Origin: Octopus sinensis
Lineage: Eukaryota
Length of the DNA: 64,000 nt
Direction of reading: 5' to 3'
Assembly: GCF_006345805.1 (NCBI RefSeq)
Contig: NC_043010.1
Coordinates: 30,814,001 to 30,878,000, forward strand
The position numbers and the translations under genes were made by a program. This document shows positions 38,705-51,420 of the stretch, piece by piece (position 1 is the first letter of the stretch; every line of letters starts with the position of its first letter). A model generated the notes under the pieces. That model saw nothing but the letters and a program-made list of their open reading frames with translations, made no database searches and had not been told where the DNA came from.

Positions 38705-40000
38705 CAAGATTTTCCTGTGTCGTCCGCTTTCACTTCACCACCAGTAATAGTCCGCTTTACCGCCTTGACAGGGACTAATGTTCCTTTCACCCAAAGCTTC
38801 ATGGAGCAGAAGTCCAGTTGACATGCCATAGATTCCAAGTAGTCCATACATAAGAGACAAGGATACTCCATCTGCACCACGTAGATTGGAAGCACGACCT
38901 TTTGTCCTGCAACTTCAATCAGGACATCAACCGGAGCTCAAAGTTCAGTACAGTACCCGGTAACAACACACAACTGCCGTGATGATTCTGGAGGTCTCAA
39001 TGCTTTCGGGTCTCACAAAAGTCAGCTCATAGGCCAAATCAACCACAAGGCGACACTTCTGGCCGTCAGTTTTACTATCCACTTGTATGCTAACAGTTAC
39101 AGTCCTTTTACCTCTTCTCGGGGTTGGGGTTTCTTTGGAATATTCAGCTGGAAGTTTCTCCTTAACGCCAGCCCCTTCTAGTTTTCCGACTTTCCTTTAT
39201 CTTTCGTTACCTTCTTACTATCCTTCTTTCGCGTAGGTCAGTCAAAACTAAGATGTCCCTTTTCACCACATGTCCAGCGCTCTCTCCTAAGTGTGAACTT
39301 TTTTCTACCGTCCTGTCTTTGCTCTCTCTTCAGGCTGTAACAATCTTGCATTTTGTGTCCTGGCTTCCCACAGGGCCAACAATTTATTCCAACCATCTCT
39401 TGTTCTTTCTTCTTCAAACAGCTTTCATATTTATGTCCGACCTTCTCTCAGTACCACCAACAACTTTCATTAAATCTTCCTGTTTCACGTACTTGCCCCT
39501 TCCTTGCTTTGAATCCGGAACTGTAATCCACCTGGAATTTTCCTGTGCTTATCCTTACATACGACTCAAATTCTAGAGCTCTATCCAGTGCCTCTTGCAG
39601 AGTATTTGGCTGTGCTTGTTTCACTTGAACTTCCCAAAGTGTCCATAAAGTGTTCTTTCAGAAGAGCTAAAAGTTTCTGAGTAAGCTGTTGTAGAGATTC
39701 TCCTCTAACCCTTACACGGGTCTGTAATCGTACCCTGTACACTTCACTCGGGCGCATAGTGCCATATCTTCTCTCTAACACTTCAACTAGTGAAGAATGG
39801 CAGTTTCTGTCCTCCACAGACAAGTGGATCAGTACCTCTAGTGCAGCGCCCTTTAGACTCGTAGCAAGCTGAACTGCTCTTTGTCCATAATCCTATCCAT
39901 TCTCGTCAGCCAATAGCTCAAACTGGACGCGGTAAGCCTCTCATGACAATTTACTGTCAAATTCATGTGGCTGCTTCTTAATGAGGACTCCACTGCGCTA
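38705..40000 (-). pseudogene. Ty3/Gypsy gag-protease relic
   Basis: EAYRVQFELLA..AVQLATSLKGAALEVL..LERRYG..R.RGESLQQL; degenerate knuckle WTCGEKGH; protease-like segment. Confidence 0.75.
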
Positions 40001-40014
40001 CTTTTTTGCACCAA

Positions 40015-40890
40015 TTTATTTTACTACTTAAAGCTGCATAACATTTTTTCTCTCAAATACTTTTTAACGGGGTCGTCACCAAGATTCTACTCATTGAGTT
40101 ATTTTAAATAGTCATAATTGAAGTATAGTTTTTCATTTAAATAACTGAGAAATTACGAGTCAAAGTAAACATTAGGTGTTACTCTTCTATTTTTGGCCTG
40201 ACATTTTAAATCATAACTTTTTTTTTTTCTACAAAACCAAATTTCGATTATTTTATGTCAAAATGTAGCTTACTACTGGTCCATCATAGTGCAAAAAAAA
40301 TACGAATAAAGTTTGAGCTTAAACGGAATCAGTGGTAAAACGTTAAATTGGCCACGGGTGCGTAAAACAACAAATTATCACATTTTTTTCGTCACTTAAA
40401 GCTGCATAACTTTTTTCTAATATCTGTTAACGGAGTTTTCACCAAAAGATCCTACTCATTGAATAATTTTAAAAGTATATAGTTAAAGTATAATTTGCTG
40501 ACATATTTTGAGACAGTTGATTTTAGGCGTTACTTACCAAGTTTTTGGCTACTTAAAGCTATATAACTTTTTTTTCTATCTTATATCTTTTAACGAGATC
40601 GTCACCAAAATATTCTCCTAAAAAATCTTTTAAAAATATATAATCAAAGTACAGTTTACTTTTCAAATAACTGAGAAACTACGAGTCAAAGTGAATATCA
40701 GGCGTAACTCTCCCATTTTGGCCCTACATTTTTTATCATAACTTTTTTCTACTGAACCAGATTTCGATTATCTTAGGTCAAAACGTTGCTTACCACTGGT
40801 CCGCCATAGTGAAAAAAGCCGAATTAAGATTGAGCTAAAATTGAATTAGTGCTAAAGCGCCAAATTGGCCGCGAGTGAGTAAAAGTTGAC
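40015..40890. repeat. Diverged internal tandem repeats (DNA-transposon-like)
   Basis: ACTTAAAGCTGCATAAC..TCACCAA recurs near 40025, 40394 and 40550; 40140-40350 resembles 40665-40875. Confidence 0.7.
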
Positions 40891-40989
40891 CTTAAGAATA
40901 TTGTTCACACACTGCCGTGTTGGAACGATGAAAGACATACTGTGCTTTCGAGTTGGAACCGAAGTCCACCAGTGATGTAGCGCAGAGCG

Positions 40990-41034
<45 letters not shown>

Positions 41035-41047
41035 AGTGTGTGTGTAT

Positions 41048-41390
41048 GTATGTTGTTGTGGCACTCCGTCGATTACGACGACGAGGGTTCCAGCTGATAT
41101 GATCAACGGAACAGCCCGCTCGTGAAATTAACGTAGTTCTCGGGGAGATTCAGCGTGACACAGTGTGTGACAAGGCTAACCCTTTGAAATACAGGTACAA
41201 CAGAAACAGGAAGAAAGAGTAAGTTGTGGTGAAAGAATACAGCAGTGTTCGCCACCACCATCTGCTGGAGCCTCGTGGAGATTTAGGTGTTTTCGCCTAA
41301 TAAACATTCACAACGCCAGGTCTGGAAATCGAAACTGCGATCCTATGACCGCGACTCCGCTGCTCTAACCACTGGGCCATTGCGCCTCCG
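41048..41390 (-). mobile_element. tRNA-derived SINE, third family
   Basis: GGAGGCGCAATGGCCCAGTGGTTAGAGC (A box) and GTTTCGATTTCC (B box); ends in a CA-rich tail. Confidence 0.8.
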
Positions 41391-41468
41391 TATACATGTA
41401 TGTATGTATGTATGCGTGCGTGCGTGCGTGCGTGCATGTATGTATGTATGTATGTATGTATGTATGTG

Positions 41469-41512
<44 letters not shown>

Positions 41513-41899
41513 TGTATGTATGTATGTATGCATGTGCGTGCGTGCACAAATTCAATTATTTAGCGGAAATTTGCTTCGAAAATTTTTAATCGTACTTTCC
41601 GATGTTTCAAATAATGTACATTTGAAAGAAAATTTTCAAAAATTCAAAGCGAGCAAGTTACGGAAAGGTGAAAGAAGTGTGCCAAAAATACTTTGGAGGG
41701 GGGTGAAAATATGGACAATTCGAATTTCTTATATACGAGCGGATGCAGAAACGTTCTTGGCTTTGTATAAAAGAAAATACAGGAGGGTCAGCTATGTTTT
41801 TATTCAACATATTCCTCTCTCAGATTCATACACTTATTGCAGCAGTCCTTCAATTATTCTAAGCCCTGTAAAATAACTCGGAAGGTTATGCTTCTAACC

Positions 41900-42157
41900 G
41901 TCGTCGTACAGGGACGACGGTTAGGATATTTTCGTGGGTGTGATGGTCACACCCTTGATAGATTTACAAAGTAACTTATTTCTATCGTTAATCAATTAGG
42001 ACTTAAAATTACAGTAGCTACTAATCTCTCTATAGTTGACTATTTAGATGTTTCCCTAGATCTGAACTCCTCTTCATATAAAACTTACTAACAGACTAAT
42101 GAGAAACTCGCATATATACATAAACAGTCTTGTCACCTTCCTGTAGTATTTAAAAAG
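41900..42157 (+). pseudogene. Naiad-type PLE RT fragment
   Basis: YRDDG...LGLKITVATNLSIVDYLDVSLDL..YIHKQSCHLP. Confidence 0.7.
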
Positions 42158-42487
42158 CTGTGGGACTGAACCCAGAACCATGTGGTTGGGAAGCAAGCTT
42201 CTTACCACACAGCCACCTTAAGTTTTACCCCCTTTCTTAAGTTTTTCTAGTTAATCTCTACTCATCTGTAGACAATATACGCCAGCCGTCGTACGTAATA
42301 TCGTCTGGCCAGTTTTTCTTATACACTGTCATCTTAACAGCATTATAGGCCACTGGGTAAAGTAATGCTTTGGGACCCCTTCATACACAACCACATAATC
42401 ATTACTTTTGTATCGAGCCCCTAAACTTGTGGAACCAGCGGACAACTTTCTACTGTGCATGTGCCTTAAGGCCGTACTAGCTATATA

Positions 42488-42961
42488 TATTTCTTTACTA
42501 CCCACAAGGGGCTAAACACAGAGGGGACAAACAAGGACAGACAAACGGATTAAGTCGATTACATTGACTCCAGTGTGTAACTGGTACTTAGTTTATCGAC
42601 TCCGAAAGGATGAAAGGCAAAGTCGACCTCGGCGGAATTTGAACTCAGAACGTAATGGCAGACGAAATACGGCTACGCAATTTGCCCGGCGTGCTAACGC
42701 TTCTGCCAGCTCACCGTCTTATTAAGACCGTACTAGCTACATATCAGTTGAAATTGCACGCCGAGCGAAATGCGTAGCCGTATTTTGTCTGCCGTTACGT
42801 TCTGAGTTCAAATTCCGCCGAGGTCGACTTTGCCTTTCATCCTTTCGGGGTCGATAAACTAAGTACCAGTTACGCACTGGAGTCGATATAATCGACTTAA
42901 TCCCTTTGTCTGTCTTTGTTTGTCCCCTCTATGTTTAGCCCCTTGTGGACAGTAAAGAAAT
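42488..42961. mobile_element. Two adjacent, oppositely oriented Meta-type SINEs
   Basis: Minus copy 42488-42720 (TSD ~AAG(G/A)CCGTACTAGCTA) and plus copy 42756-42961 (TSD ATATCAGTTGAAAT). Confidence 0.9.
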
Positions 42962-43349
42962 ATATATATCAGTTGAAATGCCATATATCTTAGATTTTCC
43001 CTCCATACATTCTCTATAACTCTTCGAGTCTATCCCTTCTTTTCTCACTCCTTCTCTCTTAATTCCTTGATATAGGGCCACATCTACGTCTACATTTTTT
43101 CTCTAGCTGCTCTTTCGCTCCGTTGTCTTGGTGGCATGACTTCGTTTTGCAAACTTTTTACATGTCAATGCACATGTAATTGCATTCGTGCCCGCGTGTA
43201 TGTGAAAATAACGGTCACCACATCTCTGGCTGGCCGCTTGAGTGACTTGTGTTGTGTTCCTATATGTTTGGTAGGACGCTCATCCTTTTACAAAATTGCC
43301 TCTCTCCATTTCTCTCTCCTATCTCTTCTTTCTTCCCCCCTCTCCCTCC

Positions 43350-43380
<31 letters not shown>

Positions 43381-43643
43381 CCTCTCTCTCTCCCTCCCTC
43401 GCTCTCTCCCTCTCTCTCTTGCTCTTTTCGTCTATCTCCATCACAGTCTTTCTGTTACCTTGTTACACAATGCTTCATGTGTGTAGCTAGCTAGATAGAT
43501 GAATGGATAGGCAAATAGATATGCTACATATGTATAAATACATATACATGAATATGCGTACATATATACTCGTACACACACATGCATTCATACGTGCATA
43601 CATACATACATACATACATACATACATACATACATACATACAT

Positions 43644-43674
<31 letters not shown>

Positions 43675-44274
43675 TACATGCATGCATGCATACATGCATG
43701 CATAATGGATCGGAGCAGAGAAGACATTACCTCCCTAACTTCCTTAGCTTTGTGTTCAATAAAATAACACAGTTATTATATTCGGAATCTGTAGTCACGT
43801 TATCGACAATCTATAAGTATTGTCACAGTATCACCATGATTCACACCATTATGGTTAGTAATAGCATTTTACAGCCAATAACTGACTTGTGGAATACATT
43901 CTTGCAAAATATTTGACAACCTGGATAGATCGTCGAACACACAGACACAAATACAGGTTGATCTCAATTTCCTAACTGTAGCCTAGATTCTCTCAATTCC
44001 CCTTGAGTTACGTACGCTCCGAGGCCCTTTCTCACTATAAAACGTACACACGCACATGAGACACGTACGCATACATTTAGCGAGTAAACTTTCTTAGGCG
44101 ATGTGATTTGATTCTTGTTATTTGGGTCACAAGTGAAGATTGGTGGCCTATTTTACTGATAATCTATAAGCAAGTTACGAGACGAACTTACTGGTAATTC
44201 TAAGACAATCGGACTGCTTACTTTTTGGTGATTTCGTTACAGTCTTTTCTGAAAAGAATTTCCAGATTCTTTAA

Positions 44275-44670
44275 TCTCTCTCTATATATAAGGCTGAAGT
44301 TGTCTGTGTATGGCAGGTTTGGTAGCCTTCAACTAACACTATCTCCTCCGAAACTCTGCGGCGTAAGTTGACCAAAATTGAGAGTATGATAGAAGAAGGC
44401 TTGCTCTTCATTCCGTAGGAGATAAAATTCAAATCGGACCATGTTAACACCAAAAATTATTTACATCAAAAAGGTGCTTTTTTTCTATGAAAATCCCTAT
44501 TTTTTTACGATATTTTGACTGCTGTGTCGCCAATTTTTCGGTGCATTTCAACCAGAAAAATGTTCACTTAAAGAGAATAACAAGCTACATAATGCAAAAT
44601 TTTTACTTTTCAAAAATTCCAGTTCTAAAGGGTCGAAACAAACCCGAGTAACGCCGGGCGATACTGCTAG
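44275..44670 (+). mobile_element. Complete non-autonomous Helitron (~395 bp)
   Basis: 5' TCTCTCTCTATATATAAGGC; 3' hairpin CCCGAGTAACGCCGGG followed by CTAG. Confidence 0.88.
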
Positions 44671-45989
44671 CACAGAATAAAAAGAATCACATTTAAAATT
44701 TCCTTTGGAGTTTGTCTTCTGCCTACAACATTCATGCTGTATTGAAGACGTTCTTTCATCTTGTGTTCTCGTCCACTTTCTTTCCAACTGAAAGATGACT
44801 TTCCGCTGTTTGTATTCATCTCCTATGTTGTCCATTGCTTTTCTTATTGTTCTGGATTTACTATAACTCAGCGATTTATTTGTGTGTGTGTGTGTGTGTG
44901 TGTGTGAGTGTGTGTGATTAAACACTTTTGATAATGAACTTATTGTCCATTCTTTATGTTGCGCCTTTGTGTGTATATAACTTATATATAGGTCTTTATC
45001 AAAAGATAAAAACATATAAAACAAATGGAGTGTGAAAGGAAAACAAGAAAATAGTTACATAACTTGAAAATATTCACAATGAAAAACAGAAATTGAAAAT
45101 TGTTAAATAAGGTTAAATAACTTTCAAACATTTTAAAGTAAAAACAAAAGTTATGAAATAATAAAAATGTGAAAGTACTTTATCAGCGGGAAAATTTCGG
45201 CAACTGTTGTAGTATATTTCGTTTTTAATCTAAAATGCCTCAGCTTTTTGTTCCATGCAACGTTTCCTAATATATGCATGTAAAGTGTGATTTTAAGGAA
45301 ATTTAGTTGGTATTGCAAGTAGGTCGAAAGACATCGTAGAGCCTTTCTGAAGGAGAACACTTCCTTTTTCCGAGCTGAGATTCGAAATCGAATCTAAGGA
45401 TTCACGCTCGTCTGATCCACCACTGGCCAAACAGTCACAAAAAAAATTTCTTCGTCCTGTCAAAAAGTGATGGATGGATTTCCTTTCGACCTATAGGTAG
45501 AAATTACTCCTGTATGTCTATCCTTCTAGCTATCATGACTGTTATAAATACAGTCAGACATACGACAGAGGCAGATAGCCATCACCAGGCGAGACAGCTA
45601 GCAAGTAACTTGCACCCAGTCAAGCAGCCAACATAGAACCACATATTCAGCATGAACAACCCAACACAGTAGCAATCACAAAAAAACATGCCCGGTTCTA
45701 CATCATCACATCGACACAGTATTTCTGTTTATTTTCTTCATCGCCAACTTGAAGCAAGTTGGTAATGTTATGTGGTGAATTTTTTGGTGTATCAAGAAGT
45801 AAATGCAAGTGTCGATTAAATAAATTATTTAAACTACAATCCGATACTTTCCCATTGTTTTATTTTGATGTCGTCGACATGCCTATTTCATCTGCTACCT
45901 CAACATCTTTTGCTACACCTTTCCCACTACATTTGGTGACTCCGACGAAGAATGACAACCCTCACATCACACATCACTAAATCAGAATT

Positions 45990-48900
45990 GGAAAATTGCG
46001 ATTAGTCGTCACACGATGGCTTTACCGGAACACAACCCAGCGGCGAACTCAACCACGGTCAACATGGCATTGCAGGCAACGATTCCTTCCACCCATCCTT
46101 TTGCTACTCTGTTACTACTAAATATTGGGGGCCTATTGCATCATAATAAAAGCAAAATTTCTTTCCTGGGAGATCTTACTGCATGCAATCAAGCCCTATG
46201 CATAGCACTCGTGGAAACTCACCTCAGCCCTGATATAGAGGATGCAGAAGTACACATACCAAACTATGCCATACTGCGAACAGACAGAAGGGAAAGGAGC
46301 CATGATGGAGTTGCTGTATACATCCGTGATGACCTCACACCCCAGGTCTTACTGTCATACTCAAATTCGGTATGTGACACTCTAATTGTATACATAAGAC
46401 AACATAATTTAGTCATATGTAATATATATTGCCCACCAGATGCTCCAAACCATACAGGCAAGTTTGAAGATTGCCTCACAAGAATTAAAGAAATCCTCAT
46501 GAAACTGGAACATCACGTGACCATATTTCTTATGGGTGATTTCAACTTCCCCAACGTCAAATGGCCCGAAGGTCTCATACTCTCAGAAATGACTCATTGC
46601 AAGCGAGCACTGGTGGAGTCCCTGCTCGACCTCACCAATGCCCTATTCATGGAGCAAGCTGTACTCAGACCAACTAGGGCGAATAACATTCTGGATCTCT
46701 GCTTCACGAACAATATGGACATCATTCATGATGTGAAAGTGACGCCTACATTAGTATCGGATCATAACATAATAGAGCAATCTGTTTGGGCCGAAAGTAA
46801 CCACAGACATACAGCCTAAAGGAAGCAACCGAAATCTCTTCAATCTGAACTTCTACAATGCAGACTGGAAATCGATCCAAAAAGAGATCCTCAGAAAGGA
46901 CTGGTCGAAATGTCCCTCCACGCCAAACATTGACATGAAACTAGAATGTTTCATATCTTCTATGCAAGCCATATGCCAGAAATATGTCCCAGAGCACAAG
47001 ACCAAAACAAATAGGAGCAAGATTCCAAGGGAGGAAGATCTTTATGAGACGACACTCAACCAACATCCCAAAAGTAGCGAAAGGTCCCGCCTAAAAACAA
47101 CACTGATGGAGATTATAAAAAGGCTGCAACAATCCTATGTGAGGGAGAAAGCAGACAAAGAAGCCTGGGTTATAAAAAACATTAAGTCAAACCCAAAGGC
47201 CTTCTTTCATTATGCGAAAGAAACAGCCTCAGTACACTGCAAGATAGGACCCCTCTTCCAAAACGATGGCTCCCTCACAGACAGTCCAACTAAGATCAGT
47301 GAGATACTGAATGACCAGTTCAAAAGTGTCTTTACCACCTCGTTGGAATACAGACAAGTGAACATACCAGTAGACGTCTTTGCCGCCTCACCTATAACTA
47401 GCGAGGCAGTCACGATGGAACACATTGACATTTGCGAAGAAGATATACTACTAGCCATAGATGAAGTAGACACAAACTCAACTGCTGGTCCTGATGGTTT
47501 CCCAGCAATCCTCCTCAAATCGTGCAAGCATGCCCTGGCAAAATCCCTCCAGATTCTCTTCTACAGCTTTCTTGCAAATGGCAAACTGCCAAGCAAGCTG
47601 AAGGAGGGAATAATATGCCCAATCCATTAAGAAGGAAGCAAAGCAGATGCCAAAAACTATCTCTCTGACTTCACACATGAGCAAAGTCATGGAACGGATA
47701 GTCAGAGGGAAACTAATAGCATTCCTAGAAGAAAATAACTTGCTGAGTGATACCCAGCATGGCTTTCGACCAGGTAGGAGCTGCCTGAACCCAGCTCTTA
47801 CAACATTATGACTGGGTGTTGAGGCAGTAACTAAACAACTCAAATGTGGACGTAATATACCTTGATTTTGCAAAAGCTTTTGACAAGGTGGATCATGGTA
47901 TGATATGCCACAAACTGTGTGCTCTTGGCATAGCTGGAAAACTTGGAGAGTGGTTACATGACTTTCTGAAAGATAGGAGTCAGGCAGTTGTGGCCAATGG
48001 AACCACCTCTATGAAAACACACATAGTGAGCGGTGTCCCACAGGGTACTGTCTTGGGACCACTGCTTTTTATAGTGGCCCTCTCAGATATGCTCTCAAGT
48101 GCCCTGATAACCACCCTTGCAAGCTATACAATGTTGCACACCTGCAGCAGTTGGACTCAATTTACAGATGGGCTGGGGATAATAATATGCAGTTTCATGC
48201 TGAAAAATTCCAAGCCCTGCGCTACCAGCATCCAAAACTGAATATGAAACTTACTGGGTACACTGATCCACAGGGAATTTCAATCCCAGAGCCTAAATCA
48301 GTGAGGGGAGTGATGATACCTCTTTCCAAATGCACATTACCAGGATGGCGACAAAGTGCAGACGACTAGCTGTGTGGGTCCTGAGAACATTCAGAACCAG
48401 AGATAAGGAAACCATGATGGTCCTCTGGCGGACATTCGTCCTCAGCCGCCTGGTTTACTGCTCACGGCTATGGTCACCCACCAGTGTGAAATTAACAGCG
48501 GACCTTGAAGCAATCCAGAGAAGATTGCAACTGCTCAACTACTGAGAAAGGCTGAAACAGCTAAGACTCTACTCCCTGGAGAGAAGGCGGGAGAAGTATG
48601 CAGTAATATATATCTGGAAGATCCTGGAAGGAATTGTGCCAAATTTTGGCATTGAAATCTACACCAACGCCAGAACGGGACGACACTGCATAGTGCCAAA
48701 GATCCCAGCAACACCATCGCGCTTCAGGACCAGTTACTGCAACAGCCTGGGTTTCAGGGACCCATAGCTGTTTAATATTCTCCCAAAGAGCCTGGGGAAC
48801 CTGTACAAAGTAGATGTAGGTGTTTTTTAATCAAAGTTGTACGTCTTCCTGTCGAGAGTCCCAGATGAACCTATCTCACGGCAAGAAGTGCAAATGAGAG

Positions 48901-49025
48901 TAGCTACATCAAACTCCATTCTTTATCAAGTGCGACATATTGGATGAGGCTCTCAGTAATAACAGTGTAGCAAAACGGCGGTGCATCAGCATGGCCGCAG
49001 CTCTGAGCTGAACAAGAGGAAAAAA
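45990..49025 (+). mobile_element. CR1-group LINE, ORF2 (APE endonuclease + RT) pseudogenised
   Basis: LVETHL, MGDFNFP, ILDLCFTN and SDHN (APE); AGPDG, QHGFRPGRSC, YLDFAKAFDKVDH and SGVPQGTVLGPLLF (RT); YSLERRR C-terminus. Confidence 0.92.
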
Positions 49026-49030
49026 TATAT

Positions 49031-49101
<71 letters not shown>

Positions 49102-49357
49102 TACAATTCATTTACTGTATTATATGGGCAATGATTAAATGATTTACCACAAATTACTAATACAAGATAAGAAAATGGAGAAATACATCTAAATCAAATA
49201 TCAATTACCAGATAATACTCAATCACATACATTATTAAACTACCACATAAGAGACTGTGGTAGTTTAAAAAGTGTACATAAAAGAGTAATGTTGTATAAT
49301 AAGTAGAATATATATAAAAGAGAATATAAATATAAGTAAATATAAATATAAGTATAG

Positions 49358-49497
49358 ATTACATCTTACAGCTGTTTCGGCCATGTAGATAAGTATGTCT
49401 CATTTTACCAATATTAGCCCTTTATGGTAGGTCAATATATAGATATAAATGAGACATTTACAAAAATATCATAAGGCCTCTTCGGAGATTATGTAAT
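49358..49497 (-). ncRNA. Type-I hammerhead motif in the pLTR (U4C variant)
   Basis: ATCT-CCGAAGA-GGCC(~90 nt)GGCC-GAAA-CAGCTG-TA-AGAT; helix I extends via ATTACA/TGTAAT. Confidence 0.65.
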
Positions 49498-50643
49498 ATA
49501 AATCGGTCTACATATATACCCACATGAGTGTGGGTGCATACCCATAATACAACACATACATATACGTATGAGTGCATATACTCACACTCTTATACATATA
49601 AAAATATACATATACATAATGATATAAATAAATAATATAAATTAGTAAAATATATATGTGTTCCACATTCAATGTCTCAGTTTTTCGACTTAATATTGTG
49701 ATAAAACATACACAAATTAGTACCTAGATGCAAATATACATAGTCAATAGTACATTATTACTTCATACTAATTTCTAAAGTGTCATTAAAGTTAGCATCA
49801 TTATCGTTGTCAATATCATTAATGTTACCATTATTATCATTCATAATATTATTAATAACGCTTACATTAGGATCTAGAGCAGTATATATGTATGTCCGGG
49901 TTCCAGTTAGTAATTTTCCTTATGACATAAATACACTATTGGATTTGAATTTAAAATTATCATTATTTTCCTCACGGTTGGTCAATTGAGAGCCGCCCGA
50001 CCTCCACCACACCGCACAAGCAAAACATACACATCCACATCTAACCCTAAACCCACACATCCACACAGAAACTCACACACACATGCACGCACACATGAAT
50101 ACACCCCGACACATCTCTACACATTCACTAAATTTCAGAGTGCATGTCTGTCATCGCATGGCTTATAGACAAATCAGTACAGGCAGCAGTGTCTAACACT
50201 AACACACACACTCACACGCACATCCGCATATACGCATAAATATTAATACACTTTCCTATACTGTGTCAGGGAACTTTCGCACACACATATATATATATAT
50301 ATTTAAATATATATCTGCGCACTCATACGTACAAATAAAACCTATATTTATATCCACCCATGAATAAGTATTCGCATATACATATATACATATCCAAGTA
50401 CGCACCTGCGTGCTCATATGTGTAATAAAAACATACATCCGTACATCCACCCACGATCATACCTATATGTACAAAAACATACATACGTACACATACACAT
50501 TTTCACACACCTACAGAAGTTACTATTAATTTAGAATAAGTTTATTAATTATAAATTAAATTAAATTAATTATAGATTAGTAAGTGCCAAATAAACAAAA
50601 AATAAATAATTAAATAAATAAATATGTATATATTATATATATA

Positions 50644-50693
<50 letters not shown>

Positions 50694-51420
50694 ATGTATA
50701 GATAAATAGATAAATAAAATGGAATACAAATTAAGGAGGGCATAAGATAAACCTAATATAGTAAGTATAAGTGGATACGCCGGAATGCACCCACATGCAC
50801 ATACATGTGCATGCACGCCCCCGCACGGACACGCGAGTTCATGGCTGGGCACACCCGCACACGTCCCTCTCGCACACACGATCACCAAGATACACACAAG
50901 AACACGCGTACAAGTACACGCGAATGTCCGCAAGCACAGCGCGCGAGAGTGCACACGTTAATGCACATGCACGGACGCGCACGCGTACGCTGGCGCACAA
51001 ACTCCGGTGCAGCGCTACCCGAGCCCACGCCTGTGCCGCAGAAATCGCACAACCCCCAACAAACCAACCGTAAAAAAAAAGAGCCCACCTTATATGCTCA
51101 TCGAGATAAACAACTTATAGTAATTATAGACTCTCACATATTACATATTGGTATAGCAAAAACTCAAACTAGTGCCCTAAGATATGATGCGCATATACAT
51201 CTTACACCTATAAAAGATTCTGTGGCGTTTCGAATATCATGCATATATCAGAATAACTATATATTTTTGTATATTTTTCCAGTCGGAACAGAAACAATCA
51301 ATGTAGAACACATACATGGAGACACAAAAGTTATAAATCATAAATTGTAAGGACCAATAGTACAGTCCTAATAGATGAATGCTAAAAGATTACTGGTAGA
51401 AGAATTAGATGTATTTAAAT

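Noticed and set aside
45365-45440. tRNA gene on the minus strand
   Set aside because: Only loose A/B-box similarity and no cloverleaf; likely a decayed SINE head. The SINE heads at 41390 and 55181 are likewise not true tRNAs.
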